Of a DNA stretch of 64,000 nucleotides, positions 55,400-64,000 are shown one piece after another. Where the stretch lies: NCBI RefSeq assembly GCF_052425735.1, contig NC_135765.1:27218001-27282000 (forward strand), read 5' to 3'. The notes below the pieces were generated by a model. It was given only the letters and a program-made list of their open reading frames with translations. It was not told the DNA's origin and ran no database searches. Numbering within the stretch: position 1 is the stretch's first letter; each line of letters opens with the position of its first letter. Source of the stretch: Oculina patagonica. Lineage: Eukaryota. Made by a program: the position numbers and the translations under genes.

Positions 55400-56908
55400 G
55401 GCTGATTCGAGCGTCCTGATTAGAGCGAAGTTACTTTGTTGTTTTCTTGCTCTGTTGGAAAGAAAATAGATTGGTTTAATAATATATTGTCTTTTACTAA
55501 ATTTTAATAATTTTCTATTTCATTTCCGCTAGGAAAGTGGTTTCAAGAGAACAGGAAATCTTTAAACGAGATGTTGCATATTCACCTGCTTGCTTTGCAA
55601 TAGCCATTAAGTGCGCAGTTTTATAAAGCAAGCCTACAAGTCGAATATAAGTGTCATCGAAAGGACAAGGCTCTACAAAGAAAAAAATAATTGTGAGTCC
55701 CTTTTTAATTTTCATTCTATAAAGAAAAGGAAAGAACAATCTTTTTTCTGGAATTGCCTCTCTATTTTTTTTTAATTCGCCATTTATACAATGTAAACAC
55801 CTTGCCTTCGAAATTACAATTTACTTACTTGCCACAAATGTATACATACCGTAGTCGTAAAAATCATGTTGGCAAAATCAAAGCAAGATCTTTTGCCCAT
55901 TGCTTAGAAAATTCAGGAGTTTAATGTACAATAAGTGACAACCATTTTTTTTTTCAAACTTAAAGCGCGTGGGAAATTTAAATTCCCATTGAATGTGTTT
56001 TTTTTTTTCAATTAACTTTAACAACGCTATAAACCAATAGGGACCTCTAGATGAGAGTACGGGCACGAGAACCAGTGACTCAGAAAATTAATGGGAGTTC
56101 TTTTGAGAATTCTGTGCATGTGCATACATCTGTCATTTTTCTTTCACATGTGGTGGCAACCTTGCTGTTATTATAAATTCAATTGTTTACTGTTAAATAA
56201 CATAAAAATTCAGTACAAAAAGTGTACTTTTTGACCTCAGTTCGATGTTAATTATTTTACTGAAGACAAAGTGAGTGGAAATTATTCACTTTTTTCAAAA
56301 GCTGTCTTTCATTTCTGCGTTCAGATTTCTTATAAAAATTAATTACATATCTTTCAAATTTATTTTATTACCATGAAAACAGCCGGTATATCTGGACTAC
56401 TTTATACGTAGCTAGTGCGTGAGTGAATTATATAAGAACTGCCTTTCATAAGTGTCCTATATTATATTATGTATATTTTAAACTTTAATAGCTCTAACTA
56501 TAATTACAATGGTGTCATACCGTTCACGTTTTTCAATTAGAAATCATTTACTTAACTTTACTTAACCTTCCTACACGTTACAAACCTTCGAACAAGCTTT
56601 ATATATATTAAAAAATAGTAGCCACAATTACACATGGTGTACCTATTTTAAAAAATCAACAAGAAATCATTGGCGAAGTTGTGACTGAGAAAGAAAATGC
56701 GAATTTTCGCAAAAGACGTGCGCAATACTCTTGATTGTCTGCACACCTAGGGCTGTAAACGTAGAGGGCAAACTTCTGGAAAAAAAATGTTCTTTAAACT
56801 ACATGGCAATATCACATGCTATGCGGCACTTAAAAAGCGGGGCCCGAAGGAGTATATTGGGAACTGAGATTGGCGCAATTGTTTACTGGAAAAATGGGAT
56901 TTAGTTAA

Positions 56909-57166
56909 AATGATAATGATAATGAATTTATATAGCGCATTTCTCATATATATATATGTTCAAATGCGCTGTACACATACTGTAATATACTACACAAGGC
57001 CAGACCACAACACCGGGAGCTTCGTGCCCTATTCTTTGCGAATAGTGTGTGGGTTCTTTAACGTCCCCTGTGATAAGACTGAAGATACAGAAGACGGGAC
57101 CTACGGTTTATCGTCCTTTTCCGAGAAGACTAGAATGTCTTTACATGTAATTACAAAGGCAGCACA

Positions 57167-57207
<41 letters not shown>

Positions 57208-57278
57208 TGGGGTTCGAACCCACGACCTCCCGCACAGCAGTCCGGCGCTCTACCAACTGAGCTAACCAGGCGGCGGTT
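56909..57278 (-). mobile_element. Full-length tRNA-derived SINE (Nin-domain-like) with L2-type 3' tail
   Basis: The minus strand has A box TAGCTCAGTTGG, B box GGTTCGAACC, core GGACGATAAACCGTAGGTCCCGT and tail AGCGCATTTGA...ATGCGCTATATAAAT(TCATTA)n. Confidence 0.85.
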
Positions 57279-57502
57279 CACTGGGACTGGGAATCAAAAA
57301 ACAAAAGCAATGGTTCTAAGAATGGAATTTGGGAAAATATGAAAAACAATACGCCAGGTAAGGGGATGTGGGCAAAATTTGGGCAAGAAATGGAATTTTC
57401 AACCTCCCTCCCTCCCTTCCATTAAGACCCGCTAAAAATTTTGCCAAACCACTCCCGTCGATTTCAAATAACAACTTTACGTCTGACTATCACTCGATTA
57501 AA

Positions 57503-58447
57503 TTAACCGAAAAACAATTGTTTTATGGCTGTGCGGATCTCTCGATCTCGCCAACAGTACAATAAAGGATTTAAAGAAGAATTGAGGAAAACTAATGTCA
57601 AAGTTATTGTATAAACTCTTAGCGACATGCCACCGTCCACAAGAGCAAAGCAATAAGGCATGTAACATAACAGAAGTAATATGTACACCATGAAAGTGTT
57701 TAAAGCTGATGTCTTGAATCTTGTTACGCTAAAGATGTTTTCATTACTCGCCTGTTGCTGTTGTTGATGATGTTGTTGCTGTTGTTGAATCTGTGTTCGA
57801 TGACGTCTAACAATGAGGTAGATTTTCAAATATACAGCAAAGTTTGCAACAAGAAGACTTATCGTCGTAGCAACTTCGACAGTGTCAAATAATTTCAGGT
57901 TTAAGTTCGACAATAGCGTGGCTACGGCAGTGAACACCCAAATAAATATAACTACCCAAGTCACACGAAAGGGTGTCACAATTGCATGATACCTCAAATG
58001 TAACTGAAGAACGAGCAAGCGATCGACTGTAATGGCTGTAATGGTGATCAAGGACACAGAGCACAGAAAGTAACTACAAATGTTAAAAAGTAGGTTAACG
58101 ATGCGTATTTTGCTTAGCAAGTATGCTATAAGCAAGGGCTGGACAATCAATCCAACAGCAAGGTCTGATACAGCAAGACTTGCTAGTAGGATATTCGCCA
58201 CCGAATGCAAGAAAGACGTCTTCCAAATTGTTAGGATAACCACAGTGTTTTCAAACAGCGCTATTGAGGCGAGAAAGGCATTCAAAACACAGATTATGAT
58301 CCATACACTATCATTAAAGGGAGCTTGTTCAAAAGTTTCGTTGGAATCAAGAGGCTCGATGCAAGTGTCATTCTTTTCAGAATTGTTAAAAGGCCAAGTG
58401 CAGTTCATTGTCGTGTTTGAGTCGAGCGTGATTGCATTTGAAGACAT
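57503..58447 (-). CDS. Intronless class A GPCR, subfamily D copy 2 (314 aa; alternative ATG at 58408)
   Basis: Intact 7TM ORF. Confidence 0.92.
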   Translation of the reverse strand: MSSNAITLDSNTTMNCTWPFNNSEKNDTCIEPLDSNETFEQAPFNDSVWIIICVLNAFLASIALFENTVVILTIWKTSFLHSVANILLASLAVSDLAVGLIVQPLLIAYLLSKIRIVNLLFNICSYFLCSVSLITITAITVDRLLVLQLHLRYHAIVTPFRVTWVVIFIWVFTAVATLLSNLNLKLFDTVEVATTISLLVANFAVYLKIYLIVRRHRTQIQQQQQHHQQQQQASNENIFSVTRFKTSALNTFMVYILLLLCYMPYCFALVDGGMSLRVYTITLTLVFLNSSLNPLLYCWRDREIRTAIKQLFFG

Positions 58448-59128
58448 CTTATGAAGATATGGCTGCTTTTGTCGTCTGTTTGCTCTGCTGGAGAGAAATT
58501 GATTGGATTTGCAATATTAATCTTACTGAACTTCATTAATTTTCTATTTATTACCGCCCGCAAAGCATTGTCAAAAGAAGAGGAAATCTTAGCAAGCTTA
58601 CTAAATACATCTGTCGCTTTCAGTTGCTATATGATTAAAAATTTATCAGATTTAGTTTTTCTTGATATCAGAATAATTTAAGACGAGATAAGTGTTAGTC
58701 ATTGACTTAAAAGATCAACTTTTAAGTCTGATCACTGAACGGAGACTTTATTCTTTGCCTATTTTTGTCTTTCCCTCAAATTTTGTCTTTCGTTTTCATT
58801 TTCGGATAAATTTATTTTTTAGACGGGGCCGAAAAAGATTCGATTTCTAGTCTTTTTCACAAAGCAAAATGAGCAAGATTGACCAATATTACGCGTGGTT
58901 ATTTTTAATAATTGCTAAATATACGTAGTTAAATTTGCCATATTCAGTGCATATTTGAAACTTCGCTCAAAAGAGATCCGTCCTACATCTCGTAAAGCGC
59001 TCCACAACCACAGCAAATTCGGAAAATGAGTTTTGTTTGTTTTTCACGCCTCCGAAACAAAAAAGTTGGGGGGAAATATGTGTGGTTTTACAACTTTCAC
59101 ATTTTATTGAATAAGGCAAGTGTTAAAA

Positions 59129-59795
59129 TCAATGGCAAAACAGTTGCTTCGAAGCTGTGCAGATCTCTCGATCTCGCCAACAATACAATAATAGGTTTAG
59201 GGAAGAATTAAGGAACCCTAATGTAACAACAGAAAAATATACAATTGGCGAAATGATTGTAACTCCTAAAAGTACCATTTTGACGGCAGCGAACGAACAA
59301 GCCATGTAACAACATAGTATCAAAATGTACACGAAAAATGTGTTCAAAGCAGATTTCTTGAATTTTTTTACGCTAAAAATAGAATCGTCATTCGAATCTT
59401 GTTGTTGATGTTGAATCTGTCTCTGGTGGCGTCGAACAATGAGATAAATTGTGAAATAAACGGCAAAGTTTCCAGCTAAAAGGCAGGTGATTAAAGTATA
59501 TAACGCAATGTCGGCTAGGCTTAAAGTCCACCGTTTCGTGAAAGGAAAAATAGCAGTGAATACCCAGATAAAAATTACCGGGTAACACGAAATGATGTCA
59601 CCACTGCACGGTATCTCAAATGTAACTGAAGAGCGAGCAAGCGGTCGACTGCAATTGCTGAAACGGCGATGAAAGATACCGTGCACAAGAGATGTCTCAA
59701 AATGACAACATTTCTCAGTGCAAAAAGTATCATACACTGTTATTCTAGGACCCAACATTTTCGCTATACACAAGGGCTGGACAACCAAGACAACA
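59129..59795 (-). pseudogene. GPCR pseudogene (5'-truncated, frameshifted)
   Basis: Starts in TM2 (VVQP). The TM3/DRL region is out of frame, TM5-TM7 are recognisable, and NP has changed to NL. Confidence 0.88.
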
Positions 59796-60501
59796 AGTGA
59801 TGTCTGTAGGGGAGTTAATCTTTAAAGTTTAAAGAAAATAAGTTTTATCACAACTCATGTAAAGTCCCTGATTTGATTGATTAAACTTTAGTTACCATAG
59901 CAACAGTGCAAAAGCTCGATTTTCATTCAATATTCGCACAATATTTTTGTAATTAAAAAATCTATCGATAGGTCAAATTACCTACAGTATGAGATAGTTA
60001 TTCAACAAACAATATGTGCTGAACAATGGCTCTGAAAATAAAAATAAATGACTTTTGAAAACATATAGTTAATATTGCATGAAAGTATTAATGGAATTTA
60101 TGAAAATAAAACAGCATGCAAATAACGACTTCTGTTCGAAAGGATATGCTATTATTTTATTCTTTTATAGCGTGAATTCGTTTTTTATGTCATCCCTCGG
60201 CAGCGTTGCTTAATTTATGAATTGGAAGAATGATTACATTTTCCAAACAATTATAGTATGACAGATCACGCAGCAATCGCGAGAGAGAGCCAGAAAGTGT
60301 GTACTGAGTCCCCAAAACCTTTATTAATTTCCTGTGCTATTGAAATAACTTTGTTAGCAGCAGTGAAATGAATAAGTAATAAACCACAGTTAATGTAAAT
60401 ATTGTTTCTGAAGCTGTTTTTTTTTTCCTCAGTAGAGAGAGACGACAGCGATATATATAGCTTTGAACGAAACGACGAACAGAAACTAATTGCATGCAAC
60501 G

Positions 60502-61404
60502 ATGGAAATCAACTTTACTGAGGCTAACAATAATTCTGACAAAACCAATTTTAGTGGAAACTTCTCGGGACGTGACAGATATTCTGTTGTACATAAACTA
60601 AATTACAGTATAGCACTCTGCGTCATCAATGTCATTCTCTGCTTTGCGACGGTGTTGGAAAACATTGGCTTTCTAATAACAATAAGGAAGACATCTTTGC
60701 ATTCAGTGGCAAAAATCTTATTGACCAGTCTTGCTGTATCAGACCTTGCAGTTGGTTTGGTTGGCGTTCCCTTGTTTATAGCAATCATGTTAAGCGGCGG
60801 CATAACTATTGTCATATTTGGTAACGTATTGGGTCCATTTTTAGGGATGGCGTCTTTTCTTACCGTTACAGCAATTGGTGTCGACCGCTTGCTTGCTCTC
60901 CAGTTGCACTTGATGTATGAAGCAGTGGTGACGTCGTCTCGTGTCACTTTCGTGGTCATTTTCATTTGGGTGTTCTCTGGTATGTGCACAAGCATGTTGC
61001 TCTTAAATTCAAAAGAACCTGGTTTGATTGCAATATCTGCTGTTTCCATCAGCTTTCTTGCTGGAAACTTTGTTGTTTATTTGAAAATCTACTCTATTGT
61101 TCGACGCCATCAAAGACAGATTCAACAACAGCAACAACAACAAGCAAATAACGAAAACATTTTCAGCGTTAAAAGATTCAAGAAATCTGCTATAAACACA
61201 TTTTTTGTGTTCATTCTACTCTTGTGTTGTTACACGCCATATTCTGTGTGCATTAGTTTGCGCCTTTCAGGTGCGTGTAGTTCGACAAACGTTTACAACA
61301 CAACAGTTACATTTGTTTATCTTGACTCTTCCTTAAACCCTTTATTGTACTGTTGGCGAGATAAAGAGATCCGCGCAGCCATGAAACAACTGTTTCGCTG
61401 CTGA
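60502..61404 (+). CDS. Intronless class A GPCR (300 aa), divergent member
   Basis: Intact 7TM with ATG at 60502; LDSSLNPLLY. Confidence 0.92.
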   Translation: MEINFTEANNNSDKTNFSGNFSGRDRYSVVHKLNYSIALCVINVILCFATVLENIGFLITIRKTSLHSVAKILLTSLAVSDLAVGLVGVPLFIAIMLSGGITIVIFGNVLGPFLGMASFLTVTAIGVDRLLALQLHLMYEAVVTSSRVTFVVIFIWVFSGMCTSMLLLNSKEPGLIAISAVSISFLAGNFVVYLKIYSIVRRHQRQIQQQQQQQANNENIFSVKRFKKSAINTFFVFILLLCCYTPYSVCISLRLSGACSSTNVYNTTVTFVYLDSSLNPLLYCWRDKEIRAAMKQLFRC

Positions 61405-62595
61405 TGAGATCAGATCAGATCAGATCAGATCAGNNNNNNNNNNNNNNNNNNNNNNNNNNNNNNNNNNNNNNNNNNNNNNNNNNNNNNNNNNNNNNNNNNN
61501 NNNNNNNNNNNNNNNNNNNNNNNNNNNNNNNNNNNNNNNNNNNNNNNNNNNNNNNNNNNNNNNNNNNNNNNNNNNGCGATGCGATGCGATGAGATGAGAT
61601 GATGAGATGATGAGATGAGATGAGATCGNNNNNNNNNNNNNNNNNNNNNNNNNNNNNNNNNNNNNNNNNNNNNNNNNNNNNNNNNNNNNNNNNNNNNNNN
61701 NNNNNNNNNNNNNNNNNNNNNNNNNNNNNNNNNNNNNNNNNNNNNNNNNNNNNNNNNNNNNNNNNNNNNNNNNNNNNNNNNNNNNNNNNNNNNNNNNNNN
61801 NNNNNNNNNNNNNNNNNNNNNNNNNNNNNNNNNNNNGAGATGCGATGCGNNNNNNNNNNNNNNNNNNNNNNNNNNNNNNNNNNNNNNNNNNNNNNNNNNN
61901 NNNNNNNNNNNNNNNNNNNNNNNNNNNNNNNNNNNNNNNNNNNNNNNNNNNNNNNNNNNNNNNNNNNNNNNNNNNNNNNNNNNNNNNNNNNNNNNNNNNN
62001 NNNNNNNNNNNNNNNNNNNNNNNNNNNNNNNNNNNNNNNNNNNNNNNNGAGATAAGATGCGATGAGATGAGATGCGATGCGATGAGATGCGATGAGATGA
62101 GATGAGATGTGAAGANNNNNNNNNNNNNNNNNNNNNNNNNNNNNNNNNNNNNNNNNNNNNNNNNNNNNNNNNNNNNNNNNNNNNNNNNNNNNNNNNNNNN
62201 NNNNNNNNNNNNNNNNNNNNNNNNNNNNNNNNNNNNNNNNNNNNNNNNNNNNNNNNNNNNNNNNNNNNNNNNNNNNNNNNNNNNNNNNNNNNNNNNNNNN
62301 NGATGAGATGCAATGAGATGAGATGAAACAAGATGAGATGAGANNNNNNNNNNNNNNNNNNNNNNNNNNNNNNNNNNNNNNNNNNNNNNNNNNNNNNNNN
62401 NNNNNNNNNNNNNNNNNNNNNNNNNNNNNNNNNNNNNNNNNNNNNNNNNNNNNNNNNNNNNNNNNNNNNNNNNNNNNNNNNNNNNNNNNNNNNNNNNNNN
62501 NNNNNNNNNNNNNNNNNNNNNNNNNNNNNNNNNNNNNNNNNNNNNNNNNNNNNNNNNNNNNNNNNNNNNTGAGATAAGTTAAGATGAGATGAGAT
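61405..62595. repeat. (GAGAT/CAGAT/GCGAT)n pentamer satellite with assembly gaps
   Basis: Pentamer arrays flank each N run. Confidence 0.9.
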
Positions 62596-63397
62596 AGGAA
62601 AAGATACTAAGATACGTTGAGTTCACCGTTTTGCAACTACCATAGGAGGTTATCAAAGCGACAGCATCACCAGTTAAAACACCCTTTAAAGTGTAACCCT
62701 CATTTAAAAAAGTTGTTAATATATATTATAAAGAGCGGTCAGGTTCAAAGGAAAAGATGTATTATTATAAATTAAATAATTAACAGTAGTCACGGCTATA
62801 ATAAATACTTAATAAATCAAAAGAATATAGACAGGGTCCCTTGATACAGAATATAAAGTTGAACCTCTATAAAACAAGGGGCCAACGGAATGGTAAAATA
62901 TGTACGCTGTTACGAGGTTTCGTCATATCAAGGTTGTATTCCATATATTTTACTATTTTAAAACACGTGACCTTAAATACAATGACCTATAAAGCCCCAC
63001 TTATCTCCAGCACTACCCCGCACTGGAAACGGACAGAGTATTGGCAGGTAAAATTGACTGTCAAACTGAGCACGTGACCTTGCCAGCGCTGGTTCGGAGA
63101 AGATTATTGGCAGGCCACAAATAAAGGTGCAGAAACAATGCCCAAAGCTTGGGGGAAGTCGCTACTAAATAGACTTAACCGCCAACCCCAAAGGCGGTGA
63201 CCCCCCAAGTTTATTGATAAGCAAGTAAGCTCCATTCTTTTTCACAACAAATGCTTACTGATTTATATAGCACACCGTTGAAGGGAAGTACTTTAACATT
63301 ATGCTTTTAAAGCTAGACATGCCTATGGTTGTGACCAATAGAAAACTGCCATCTTGCAGTTCATGCTGTGGCCTAATATGTAACACCTACTTGAATA

Positions 63398-63776
63398 CCG
63401 TATTTATTCGATTAAGCGCCCAACCTCGAATAAGCGCCCACCATGAAGGTAGGAAAAGTCAAAATAAGCGCTCAACCTCGAATAAGCGCCCACCCCCCAC
63501 CCCACAAAAAACTTAATTCCACAAGAGGAGTATCAATGAGATTGACATCGACTTAGTATTACTAACAGACTTCCCAATGACCGAGTTTTGTTAGTATTTT
63601 ACAGAAAGCTTCAGTGAATAGTTAAAATTCTGCTTTGGTACATTATCAAGGTTTGTTATTATTTGTTGTTTTGTTACAAAATAAACTTGCTACGTGCTGA
63701 AAATGGTGACAATTATATAAGCAGCCAGCGTCGAATAAGCGCCCGCTCCCAAACTCCAAAAATCGAATCAATACGG
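63398..63776. mobile_element. Tc1/mariner (pogo-like) MITE
   Basis: TA-CCGTATTTATTCGAT ... ATCGAATCAATACGG-TA, with internal GAATAAGCGCC repeats. Confidence 0.8.
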
Positions 63777-64000
63777 TAATGCACCTAATAAACTTGAACG
63801 TCACGCTCCATTAACTGCGTTTTGCTGCTTGTGCCGTAAATCTTTCTTGAGAAGAAAGGGTGCTTTAAACAATCACTGTTCTGGCTGCAGTAATTATTTA
63901 AGTTAGCAGTTGCGAAAATGTGCCTTTCCATGCCTTGTTCAAATCCGGAGCCATCTGACAGTTTAGAGTATAACATAAAGAAGGCAAGGCCGAAAAGCGT

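Noticed and set aside
57195-57278. tRNA gene
   Set aside because: A and B boxes are present, but it continues into a SINE core and LINE-type tail and has no proper acceptor stem.
29381-61049. Recurrent antisense ORFs (PTARSDTARLAS...) opposite the GPCRs
   Set aside because: They are shadows of conserved TM2 codons, with variable starts and ends and no independent coding signal.
27650-61404. Assigning MC1R/ADORA/TAAR gene symbols
   Set aside because: Only generic class A similarity is visible. Asp3.32 and the family-specific ligand residues are absent, and orthology cannot be shown here.
61404-62577. Long ORFs in the track
   Set aside because: Artefacts of N gaps and pentamer repeats.
62960-63212. 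GC-richer segment with a hairpin (CTTGGGGG...CCCCCCAAG) as an ncRNA
   Set aside because: No recognisable family motif; more likely a retroelement UTR fragment.

Overview
Eukaryotic, AT-rich, intron-containing DNA. The gene content and repeat families point to an anthozoan cnidarian, probably a stony coral (inference). From left to right: (1) the last three coding exons of a TXNDC16/ERp90 PDI-family gene ending in RDEL (516-2451). (2) A complete 7-exon TNF-receptor-superfamily gene (5634-23338, 415 aa) with a signal peptide, 4 p75NTR-like cysteine-rich domains, a TM helix and a MyD88-like death domain. Its 11.9-kb first intron holds a ~195-bp tandem repeat, two long foldback palindromes and a Penelope fragment with a hammerhead ribozyme. 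(3) A cluster of 14 intronless class-A GPCRs (11 intact ORFs, 3 pseudogenes; 27650-61404) built by tandem duplication. The receptors share a ~65-bp upstream element, carry variable polyQ/polyH tracts in ICL3 and show mosaic (gene-conversion-like) coding sequences, which makes them a candidate chemoreceptor repertoire. Many MITEs, SINEs and Penelope fragments are interspersed, and a (GAGAT)n satellite with assembly gaps lies at 61405-62595. All alignments were done by eye and no database searches were run.
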